DNA from: Paraspadella gotoi
Taxonomy: Eukaryota; Animalia; Chaetognatha
NCBI GenBank assembly: GCA_051294375.1
Contig: CM119263.1
Location: 31,603,476-31,667,475, forward strand
Length of the DNA stretch: 64,000 bases
Reading direction: 5' to 3'
Shown here: positions 13,400 to 25,505 of the stretch, piece after piece
How the letters are laid out: every line of letters starts with the position of its first letter
Numbering within the stretch: the stretch's first letter is position 1
Notes under the pieces: generated by a model
What the model was told of the DNA's origin: nothing
What the model saw: only the letters and a program-made list of their open reading frames with translations
The model's database searches: none
Translations under genes and position numbers: made by a program

Positions 13400-15768
13400 T
13401 CCAATCCAAAGTAGAACGCGACCGACCTGCTTCGAATAAGCAATCTCGCGCATTCTCCTCACTCTGAGATCCGGGACACTGAAGGACATGTTCCAAATTA
13501 TCTTTCGTCATCTGCAGTTTCTTGTGTCGAGGTCTTTCGTCGCGGAAGTAGCTGAGGTTAAGAGGAATTGCGAATACTGTGGCGGCATGCTTTAGCGGCG
13601 ATACTTAATTTACTAAATACTGTGGCGGCATCTTCAGGGGCGATAACTTAATTACTAATACTGTGGTGGCTATCTATGAAATCTATTTAATGCGAATTAA
13701 AATCTATACAAGTTTCTGGCATTTCTAATATGGATAAAATTATTGCTTGAAAAATGTTTAACGGTTTTTTGAAAAGTTACACACAGAATTTTAACCTACT
13801 CTCTCTCTCTTTCCCGTCTCTCCTCTCCCTCTCTCTCTTCCTCTCCCTTTTCTCTCTCTCTCTCTCTCTGAAGTGACATATATAGGTGTAAATATAAATA
13901 TATATCTAATTTTTAAAATGCCGCACTTAAGAGAACCGAGTTCAAACTGTAATCTCCACATGACATAAACATCACGCGGGCATGTAATATTCTTGTGCCA
14001 TTAAATCCTCACACCTCTCATCCCTGTCCATTAACTATCAGTCTCATAAGACTCCTCTGTTTTCGGGGTCAGACCAAATAAGATTCTTGGCGTCTTCAAC
14101 GTCGTCATTTAAAGATTTTTGCAAAACCTTGGACGGTTCGTTTAAAGTAACGAGTCCTTCGGAACAGTCTAAGTTTGAGACTGGGGGCCAAAAAGATGGA
14201 GAAGGGAGTGAGGAAAAAGGGAGAGGGAGTGAGAGGGAGAGGGAGTAAGTGAAATAGAGGGAAGTGGTGAAAAAAGGAAAGAAGGGAGAGGGAGTGAGGG
14301 AAAGAGAAGAGGGAGTGAGGGAAAGAGGGATAGGTGTTGAGGCATAGAGGGGAAAGAAGGGAGAGGGAATGGAGGGAAAAGATGGAGAGGGAGTGAGGGA
14401 ATAGTGGGGACAGAGTGAGGAAAGAGGAGAGGGAGTGAGGGAAAGTATAGGAGAGGGGAGTGAGGGAAAGAGGGAGAGGGAGCGAGGGGACCGGGTAGAA
14501 AACAAGATTTAAGCATCGATGACTGTCTCGCGACTTCAAGGTCATTTTAATTTGGCAAACAATGATAACCGATTAGAACAGGATAGAATAAGTAAGAGAA
14601 GATTGTCCAATGTCCAATTGGTCCATAGCTTCGAAAACGTTAGTTGCCCCCCGCCCTTATCTTAACCAGCCTGCAAAGTCTCTTTCAATGCCGCATCCGT
14701 GATGCCTTTCTTCCGCAAAATTCTTTTTCTTGTATTGATCGATCTTTTTTCCAACTGATAGGTCTTTGCAAACATTGTGAAAATTTGCTTAATTGCGCCA
14801 GTTTTTGCCTAACATTCCAAAATCTGACAGATTAAGAGTTTTCATCTTCTCTGGCATCAAAGGCTTAGGAATCGCTAGTCGTTCTAGGCCCAACTTTCAA
14901 ACGAAAAGGCTTTCTCGGTGACGACGAGGCGGCGCAGATGGGCTGCCGCGGCCCGTTCGTGGCGCACGGTCGGAGTGTCCGCTTTGGACTGGACAGGCGC
15001 GGCACGGAGGGACTGAGGAGACGCTTTTGCAACGAGCGGTACGGCCGGGCTGTCCCTTTCGACGGCCTTGGTGGGCACGGAAGGGCTGTCCGCTTTCGTC
15101 GCGCTTGTTGCGGACGTGGAATTTCCTTCTTCTGAACTGATTCGAATTGATGATATAAGCAAAGAAAAAAGCAAGAAAAAGACAGGAAAAATGCAGGTAA
15201 TGAAGGGAGGTGGCTCAACCTTCGATTTGATCAGAGTTTCAATTTAAGATAAAACGAGAAATCAAGGAAGAAGAGAGATTTTAATCTAAGATCTTACGGC
15301 TTTATTTTCCAAAAAGGCTCAATTTCAGTTTTGAATTGCGTATTAAATTTTTTAAATTTTTAACGATTAGGATAAGATAATGATAAAAACGTTAGATTAA
15401 GATAATATAAGGATTTATTAGAGATCTGGCAGTTTTAAGTTATTAGAAAGAATTAGAATTAGAGTTACGAAATAATGGGTATGGATTAATGGTTAGGGAT
15501 TAAAATGTTAGGGTTAGAAAATAAGGGTATGGATTATGGGTTAAGGGTTAATGGATTAAAGAATTAGGGCTAGAATTAGGTTATGAATTAATAAAATATT
15601 TTATAAGATATTTGGTGTTAAAAAAGTTAGGGGTTCATCAGGGTAATAAAATGGGAAGGCTTTCGGAAAATAGAGCCAAAATTTTTTATGGCTTCTCGGC
15701 GAATTAATTTATTAATGTCTTCACCGTGACCTTATCTGTTTTTTGATAACTTATTCGGCCGAGGAATA
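13400..15768 (-). other. Noisy direct duplicate of ~2640-4990 (EXOC3 first exons), probably an assembly overlap
   Basis: Collinear with 2640-4990 including introns. Differences are insertion-dominated, as expected for raw long reads. Confidence 0.85.
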
Positions 15769-16529
15769 GAAGAAGCTATCGAGCTGATTGGTGAGTGAGA
15801 AAAAAAAAAAAATTTTCAAATTGGATAAAATATTAGAACTTAATTGCATCATTCGGGAATCGTTATGAAAGCATTACATATCACAAATGAAAGAAGTCCT
15901 TTGCCAAGTTTTTAAGCCCAGAACCAGTTGTAGGGGTTTTGTTGTGATAAGGTCTTTTTAAGTAGTTTGGGGTGACCGCAGCCTGGGTTTGGAGTCGGGA
16001 ACTTGTGAATGCGTAATACGAAGGAGTTACTCAAGCGAACCAACAGACGGAAATAATTGCCTGTGAGGGTGGAACGACGCTTGGAAACATTTCTACTGGC
16101 AATTAATAATAAACTAATTAACTACTCAAATTTTCTCGTTCTTTTAAACACTTTTTTCTCTTTACCTGTCGGCAAAAAAAGGTTTTAGCCCAATGTAATC
16201 AATTAAGGCTCTAACTGTCAAAGAAGTAAATAGGCCAGAATAGAATTACTTACGAATTTGCTCAAAGAAATTTATAAAAAAAATTATGAAAAGAAAAATA
16301 ATTTTCATCTCGTCTTATTTGCTTGGCTTTAAATGGCTTTTTAATTCGCGGCACGGGCGAATGTGATTTTTATTAAATATTTATTAGAGAATATCGTATG
16401 GATATTGATGCATTAAAGCAGTTTTCAGGCATATTCTGCTTTATTAGAGTCTAATTATGCCTAAATTATTATTAATAATAAACATCTATCTAATTATATA
16501 TGTGAAAGAGACAGTAATTATTGTTTTAT

Positions 16530-16780
16530 GTGTTAGTGACAGAACGCGTTCAATTAAGGCAGATCCCTGAAACTTCGATCAGGCTGTTAACACCGTGTTT
16601 ACAGCGGTTTAAGCGCCCCCGTCCCTCTTAAGCTGCTAGACGACCAACGCGCCCGGCTAGAACACCGGGCTAGAACAACCGGGCTAGAACACCGGGCTAG
16701 AACACCGGCTAGAACCGGCTACCCGGACCTTTGGGTTGGGAGGCGAATGATCTTGCCTCCGGCAACCAATGGCCCTTGAT
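16530..16780 (-). mobile_element. tRNA-derived SINE-like element with tandemly repeated B-box (mirror copy at ~11760-12010 on plus)
   Basis: Read on the mirror copy: ..CATTCGCCTCCCAACCCAAAGGTCCGG then ~5x CCGGTGTTCTAGC (B-box-like GTTCTAGCC), followed by a GC-rich body in AT-rich context. Confidence 0.55.
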
Positions 16781-17678
16781 GAACGGATTTTAGTCCACCA
16801 TAATTAGATTATTATTCAGGAGGGAAATAAATCAAAATTTTGATTTTTTAAGGTTCCCCTNNNNNNNNNNNNNNNNNNNNNNNNNCCCCCTCAGCTTTGA
16901 TGATGGCTCCCGACTCTAAAAATTATTAATTATTAATTAATAATTTTCATATTACACGAGGTCAAATTAAGTTTCCTAATCTCATTTTGATTTTTGGCTC
17001 AAAATTCTGAGACTCGAATCCGATCTGCGACGTCTTTTGTTTCAGCAAAATGAAATAATTTAATCGATTTGATAAAAAAAAAAAAAAAAAAAAGGAAAAG
17101 GAAAGGAAAGGAAAGCAAAATACTTCCTTCAATGATATAAAAATACAAAAATACAAAATACAAAAAAATAGAGAGCGGAAAAAGTAATAATAAAGATTAG
17201 AAGTAAAAAAAATAAAAGTAAAGTGGGTAAAATATTCCAAATTAAAAAAAATAAAAGAGATTAGCGCTAATTTAGCCAGGATTGAAAGAGAGAGAGAGAG
17301 AGAATGAGTGTATACAGAAAAGAAGAGAGAGAAAGTGAGAAAGAGAAAAGAGAGAGAGAGGGTTAATTACCCAAAAATCGTTATCAAGATTTAGTCGAGA
17401 AAAATAAATAATAGTAAATGAAGAATCGAATCGACTGAACAGTAAAAAATTGATTTTGTATTTTATTTTAGTATTTAAACTAAGGGCATTCGTGTTTAAC
17501 TAGGTGTTTTAATGTTTATAATTTTTTTTTTATTCTTCGCTTTGATACTAGAAAACTTTTTTCCTTTTCTTATTTTCTCTTCTTTTTCTTTTTCAATTTT
17601 TTTTTCTCTGGACCAAACTTCCTCTTTCAAATTCGACACCAAAGTTCAACCTCTTTTTCTCTCTCTGTCTCTCTTTTT

Positions 17679-17730
<52 letters not shown>

Positions 17731-17740
17731 TCTCTCTCTC

Positions 17741-17772
<32 letters not shown>

Positions 17773-18062
17773 CTCTCGCTGGCGACATCTGCTCTTTTCT
17801 TATCTCATCTTTTCCTCTCACTCCTTCCTCTTCTCTCTCATCTCTCTCTCTCTCTCTCCTCTCTCTGCTCATCTGGACTCAAAACAGTTTTTTGCAGTTT
17901 TTTTATTTCACGATTTTAATCACTTTTACTTTTCTCTTTACATTTTTAAAATCATCCGGTTTTTGTCAAATTTAACCATGAAATTAAACCGTTTTATCAA
18001 GTTGGTTTTTTTTCTGAGGGAAAAGCAAATGTTATGATATTCACGCTCTCGCGAACCTGTTC

Positions 18063-18105
<43 letters not shown>

Positions 18106-20020
18106 GTGAAAAAAAGTTCTTTGGTTTATCTAAACAGAAAAATCAATTCTCAAAATAAAGATAAAAAATTCTCTGAGAACCTTTAGAATAAAACTTTACA
18201 ATAGAGACGAAATTATAACTAGATACGATGTTAATCTTCTTAAATATTTATTTGTATAACTTGTAATACCTCACATTTAGAATTACAAAATGTCCAACCG
18301 CCCACGAAATCCCTGGGGTCTTTTACATCCCTGACAATTCAACTGTCAACTTAATCTCATCAAATTTTTCGGATTTCAAATTTGAAAAAAAAAGAGCACA
18401 AAAAGAAAAATTTCTATTTAAAAAAACAAAAACAAAAAAAAACAAAGTTTCGATTCAATGTCAACATTACTTTTCTAATTTTTTTAATTTGATCATTTTT
18501 TTTTAACGTAAATCGATTTCAAATCTGCCAATTTGTTTAAAAAGTTTAGTACCGGCAGTTTTAAATATTTTCATTACCCCATTATTAATTATCAATTTTT
18601 AGTATTTTATTGTATTGTATTGGTTTATTTTTACATTTCAACCTGATATTGTCCGTTCATCCTCATTCATTAACAAGTAGCCTGCGGAACTTTTAAATTG
18701 TTCTGATTACCCAAGCAGCATGCACAGCTCTTCTCATCATCACCCAAGCAGCTTTCTTAGCTCTTTCATCTCTCATCCCGATGAAGCAAGCAGCTTGTAA
18801 CAGGTCTTATCCCGATTAACCAAGCAGTGTGAGCGAGTGTTTGACTCCACAAACTCGCTTTCTTTTCTCACAGGAAACGAATGACAAATAAATCCTCAAA
18901 AAATTTTTTCGCTTCATTTTTTTCCCTTTTTCATCTTAACAATTTTTTTTTTCTTAACTTTTCTCAGAATCTTCAACTATGATTTCGAGCTTATCTGTTT
19001 TATTTTTTATTTTTATATAAACAAAGAAAAACTTTATAATCTTTGAAAGATTCTTTTTAAACTTCCTTTCAACAAAAGTTTTTTTTATGTTTCCAAAAAA
19101 AAATAATAAGAAAAATTAAAAATGTTAATAAATTGAAACAAACTATGAACTCTTGAAACTAATTTTTAAAATTTCACAAACTCAAAAAACGAATGATTTC
19201 ATGGAAAAAAAAGAAAAAAAATATATACGAATTTTCAATCGAATAAATGAAATGTTTTTCTTTCGTGGTCCGAGAATAAAATAAAAAAGAAAAGAAAAGA
19301 AAAGAAAAGAAAAGAAAAGAAAAGAAAAGAAAAGAAAAGAAAAGAAAAGAAAAAGAAGAAAGGAAAAAGAAGAAAAAGAGAAAAAGATCGCATCGGATCA
19401 TCCAAACAATTTTTTTTTTCTCCGCGATTTTAACATTTCCCTGCATTTTTTTCTGACTCAAATCTTTACGAAATCGCAAAAAAATATTGAACGTCTAAAT
19501 CTTAAAATTAAAATTAAAAAATTAAACTATTAAATACTCGCTTTCGAATGACGAATCGTACGAACTTAGATACATATACAAAAATCTTTTTGTTTCTTAC
19601 TCAATCTTAATTTCAATGCTTTTCAATGTTAATGCTTAATTTTTTCAAAGATTTAATTTTGTTACTTTTTTCCCAATCTATGAATTAACTTAACCTAGCA
19701 TTCAAATCCATCTTTGCCTATTTCATATCCTAATCTCTAACTCAATCTCTAATCCTATACCTTAACTCTAATCCCTAACTCTGAACCTTAACCACTAATC
19801 TAATCCCTAACTTAATCTTCGAACCTGAAAACTAACTCTATTCCGAGTTTAATATGAAACGGGGCGGTTTAGGAAAATATAGCCCACCTCTTAATCCCCC
19901 TATCTGATCACTTATCTGACCACCTATCTAACTACATCCTTTTATCTATCCACCCGTCTAACCACTTATCCAATCACCTCTCTAACAACCTATCTATTTC
20001 ACCTATCTAGATAGGTCGCC

Positions 20021-20618
20021 ATGGACTTTTTCCACCGCCACTGGCCATTCGGTCGATCAGAAGGAAGAAGAAAGAAGACTGAAGAACTATGCGTCACAAG
20101 AGAGGAGGAAGAGGAAGAGGAGGAGCCGGAAATAGGTCTGGTCGGTCGGTCGGTCTGTCAGTTTTCTTTTTTTTATTATTCAATTCGAAATATTAAAAAA
20201 AACAAACCATAACGCTTAATTGATAAGCAAACAAATTAAAGTTTATGGAATTATAGATTGCCAGAAAGTCTTGATGAAAAAGGTTGCAGCCTTTCGAGAA
20301 TCAGGGGGACTGAGATTGCCTGATGCTCATTTTCTATATTCGAAGAATTAATTTCTTTATTAATTAATTATATTTTTTTAGTTGAGGAGGCGGAATTTCT
20401 ACTCATCGAATCAGTCGATCGACATTTGGAGGAAAATAGGAAAAATCACAAAACGGACGAATACGAAAACGAAAGTAATTTCTAATTTTTATTTATAGAT
20501 TATTCATGTTTCCAACTATTGATATACTGTGGTGACTAGAGGTCAAGTTTAGTTTCTTCATATAGCATCGCCAATGTTCCCTTTTTTGTAACGTAATTAT
20601 TTTATGAAACTTTTTATT

Positions 20619-20678
<60 letters not shown>

Positions 20679-23034
20679 GATCTCCTCGTTCTCCGTCGAG
20701 GAGACGTCGTTAAATTCACTGTGCACTCCAATAGAAAACCAAAACTAAACGAAGAGATTTGGTTTCGTTTGGCCTATGGTGAGACTGTGAGTGAATCATA
20801 GGGTCAATCATCGCATTTCTTAATTCACAATTTTTACTGTACGTGACCAAATATTTTTTTTTCCCAAATTTCATTCATTATTTTGTCACAATCTCTAACA
20901 ATATTTATTTTATCATTTCGAATGATAACTTTTTAATGCTCGACTTATTTCATACCACGACTGGCGTTCTTTCATTTTGAAAGTCAATCGTTATTACACG
21001 TCTGCTTATTTCAAATAACAACTGTCAAAAACTTAATTCTGTCATCCCAACATTTTATATCAAAACTGTCTTTCACTTAGAATCACAACAGTCAAACTCT
21101 CAAATCTCGTCGTCTCAACATTTCGTATCACAACTCTAACAGTCTATCACAACCTATATCACAGGCAAAGTACCTAAATTGAGCAACGGGACTTTAATCG
21201 AAGTGACTTCGTCCAAGAAAAGAGACGTTGACGGTGACTGGTGGCTGGAGAAAGTGGAAGAGGAAAAGTCTGGCAGGTTGGAATATATATTTATTATTAA
21301 ATATTAGAATTATTGTAAAGTGTGAATATCTGTTTGAAGTAATATCGGGACAGCAAGTATACTGTCAGAATAAAAGCCTTCCCCCTGGCGGGTGGCTAGG
21401 GGCGACACCGGGGGGTCATACCTAGAGATACCCTCAGGGGGTGGGCAAAAACCATATACCTAGGTGTGCCCCCAGAGGGGATAGTTTCTTTAGAGTTTAA
21501 GGGCGGTCCCCAGGCAGATCCCCCTTGGAGTGCAAAAAATTGACTTCCCCATGGGTCACCCCTAAGTATGAAATAATATCTACTCCTTGGGGTGGTCTTT
21601 CTATTGTTGTAAAAGAAGCCAGGCTTCCTTAATTAATTTTTGACCAATGATTTTACCCACTCTTTCTTTCTCTTATTCTTTCTCTCTTTTATTTTTTAAA
21701 ATTTTAAAATTTTTTTATCTTTTATTTATTAACTCTTTCTTTTTCGGGATCGATCCCCAATGGCACTTAACCTGCGGGAAGCATGAGGACGACCGTAAAC
21801 CGCCTTGAGGGCGTGGAAAACCCTCAAGCCTGGTACCAAGCCCAGGAACGTTCCTTTTCAGCCGAGAGAGCACAGAGGGGACACAGCCCACGTAGAACCT
21901 TTTATCCTCACGTCTTTTTCTCTCATTAAAATTGTGTGATTTATTTACATTATCAATCCACTTTGTAATTTCATTGTTAATTTAATATACCTTCTTAATA
22001 TGTTAGGTATCGATGAGCATCTCATTGTTACTGTATTAAACTTTTACAAATGGATCATACTGATTGGCTATTTGAAGAAGAGAAAGAGTATATTGAAATG
22101 TGATTGGTTGTCAGATAAATAAAAATGATTGGTTGTTGAATGAATAGAGAAAGCAGATACTGAAAGATGATTGTCAGATTTCTGAAAAAGATTGGGAGTT
22201 CTGAAGAGTTACTCTTACAATACGCTCAACAAGAGACGAGTAACGTTGTTATTTTGTGATAAGTATCAATGTCAGTTTGTAATACAAGGTGGCAGATAAG
22301 TAGATAAGAAAAAGCCTATATGGTGTTAGTTTTAATTGGTGATATATCTGGATTTAACATTTGAGACATTTAAAGAACTAATGATAGAAATGTAACCATC
22401 TGAAAATGATTTCTCCCAGCATTACCTATCATCTTCATATTCCGCCAACTGCTCCAGTCGCTCGTTACAATTTGACTGTCGATTCGTGGGTCATTGAAAA
22501 TTCGAAATACGTCAAGAAATCGAGTTGGCCAAAACCCGGATGTGGAAAGATCACACTCGTGGTCCTTTTTAATCCCTGGTGTCCAGAAGATCAAGTGAGT
22601 TTAAAGATTTGGAAATATTATCTGAAAACGGCCCATTTCAGTTCCTTAATCACTGAACCTAATTTTGTCTTTAATATTTAACCAATATTAACAAACCTAA
22701 ATCCTAACCTTAATCCCTAACCTCAAATCCAAATCCCAAACCCAAATCCTAACTTTAATCCCTAACCCCAAACCCTAATCCTAATCTTAATCCCTCACCT
22801 TGTTCCCTACCCCTAATTTCTAACCCTTATCGATAATCTTTTAATTTTATTTTAACCAAATTAAATATAATTAAATGTTTAGGTTTACTTAGACAACGAG
22901 GAAGAGAGAGAAGAGTACGTGTTAAACGATCACGGTCGTGTTTGGGTTGGGAGTCCCAAGTCATCGCGGCCTTGGTACTTCGCGCAGTTTGAAGATGAGT
23001 GTTACGAGGTCAGGTCATGATGGTGATTATGGTG

Positions 23035-23065
<31 letters not shown>

Positions 23066-23940
23066 CTACGACTATAGCGATAATAACAATGAAGCATAAG
23101 ACAAAGATTTAAGTGAAACAATTTAACCATTTTAATTCTTTATTATTTTTTATTTAATCCTTCAACACTTTTACGCAAATTTCAGGTCGCCCTCGACATT
23201 TTAAGTTTCGTCGGATATTTCGAGAACAGAAGCGACGCTTCGCTAATCTGCAGAAACTTTAGCAACTTGGTACATAATTTTATTGAATAATATAATTAAT
23301 TGGTTTAAAATTAAAGTTTTTAATGAGGGACACTTTTGGTTCGACGGATAAAAAGTCACAACATCACAATTCTTTCACAGGTCTCTGCTCAGATCCTCCA
23401 AGGCCGATGGTTCACCCCTTACTCTCCTTACACGAGTCCAACTGACTGGACAGGAAGTCAAAAAATCCTCAAGAATTTCAAGCAACGAAAAGTTCACGTG
23501 AAATTCGGTCAATGTTGGGTCTTTTCTGCTGTGACGACAACTCTATGCAGAGCGTGGGTGAGTGAAGGTCACGTTGGGTCTTTTCTGCTGTGACGACAAC
23601 TCTATGCGGAGCGCTGGGTGAGTGAAGGTCACGTTGGGTCTTTTCTGCTGTGACGACAACTCTATGCAGAGCGCTGGGTGAGTGAAGGTCACATTGGGTC
23701 TTTTCTGCTGTGACGACAACTCTATGCGAGTGCTGGGTGAGTGAAGGTCACGTTGGGTCTTTTCTGCTGTGACGACAACTCTATGCAGAGCGCTGGGTGA
23801 GTGAAGGTCATGTTGGGTCTTTTCTGCTGTGACGACAACTCTATGCAGTGCGCTGGGTGAGTGAAGGTCACGTTGGGTCTTTTCTGCTGTGACGACAACT
23901 CTATGCAGAGCGCAGAGAAATGTAAAGAATTACCCCACCC

Positions 23941-23978
<38 letters not shown>

Positions 23979-25153
23979 TCGTTTATTCCCTCCCTCTCTC
24001 CCCTTAACTCTCCATCTCTCTTCTCCTTCCTTCACCCTCTCCTCTTCCTCTCTCCCTTCTTTTAGGCATCCCGACCCGCACTGTGACAAACTTCCAATCG
24101 GCTCATGACACTGACAGAAGTGTCACAATAGATTATCACTTCGACATAAGAGGAAAACCGTTGGAGGATTTAAACTCTGATTCTGTGTGGAATTTTCACG
24201 TGTGGAACGAGGCCTGGATGAAGAGAAGGGATTTGCCAGGTGGGAGTTGGACAGGCGGGCCTGATAGAAGGCCTGGATAAAGAGAAGAGATTTTCCAGGT
24301 GGGGGTTGGACAGGCGGGCCTGATAAGAAGAATTGGATGAGGAGAAGGGATTTGCCAGGTCCAGTTTATCGATGACCTTTAATGATTTAATGACGTTTAG
24401 TACCGAAGGGTCAGAGGTCCTTTGATGGTACCGCGAACCTCATTATCGTTGATGGCAGTAAATAAAGAATATATTATAAAATATTAAAAGATTAATTATT
24501 AAATACGTTCATAACCAATACCTAAACAAATGAAAGGTTATCTTTTCAATGTAAAAAATTGATGATTACTAATCAATTAATTAATAAACTATCGTTATTT
24601 GTTAATCCCCAGACGGTTATGACGGTTGGCAGGCGTTCGACGCAACACCGCAAGAAACGAGCGAAATCGGGGGACAGATTGCTTGCGGTCCGTGTCCTCT
24701 TTCTGCCATAAAGGAAGGAGAGTTGCACATCCCTTACGATGGGAAATTCATCTTTTCTGAGGTAGAAGTATCGGAAATCATCGTCTGTAATCATCTGTGG
24801 TTAATTGGTTATCGTTTGCACAAGGAAAAGAGAATTTTGGATCCGTAATATTAATCTGACATCATCGGTAGTCATGGAAAAGTTTATCTGAAACCATCTC
24901 AAGTAAACTATCGTCTGTGGACATTTATTATCGTTTTAAGTCAGGAAAAAGTGAATGTTTAATCATCTGTAGATATGTGAGGTAATCGGTAGTCACGAAA
25001 AGGGGAAGGTTACGTCATATCTGGTCATTAACACTTAATAACTAATTTTACGCGTATTTTTTTACAAGAATTTTACAAGAATATTTTAAACTTCGTAATT
25101 TTCAAATTTCAAATTTCTCCTAATAGTTCCGCTCTCTCTCTCTCTCTTTCCTA

Positions 25154-25184
<31 letters not shown>

Positions 25185-25414
25185 TATCTCTCTCTCTCTC
25201 TCTCTCTTTCCTATCTCTCAAGGTGAACGGTGATCAATGTTACTGGATCCAAAATTCACGCGGAAAATTCGATCTTCACAAAGTTGAACATTCGGGAATC
25301 GGAACATCGATTATCACTAAGGGAATGGGGAGAGGAAATAGGGATGGAGTCGATCTCAGGTCATTTTTTATGTACATCTAATTCTTTATTTCATTCATTC
25401 ATTCATTCATTTTT

Positions 25415-25505
<91 letters not shown>

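Noticed and set aside
18660-18880. Coding-looking 220-bp island, possibly a retroelement relic (mirror copy at 9690-9915)
   Set aside because: The two noisy copies give no consistent frame or recognisable motif; needs blastx.
21370-21600. GC-rich island in TG-A intron 4 as an extra exon or RNA gene (similar islands at 44450-44580 and 660-810)
   Set aside because: No phase-compatible splice pair, the TGase frame is complete without it, and there is no independent second copy or clear fold. Probably an unclassified repeat.
22690-22830. True telomere or chromosome-fusion site
   Set aside because: Short, highly degenerate and repeated in several introns; ordinary low-complexity tracts.
5016-23243. 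Giant inverted repeat suggesting a palindromic duplication of the TG-A 5' region
   Set aside because: Bounded by 25-N gaps, differences are indel-dominated, and it is accompanied by a redundant EXOC3 copy. Best explained by noisy long-read gap filling; read depth would settle it.
23558-23913. CRISPR-like regular repeats (also 48431-48800, 49754-50200)
   Set aside because: No unique spacers and no cas genes; eukaryotic context; the units derive from exon ends.
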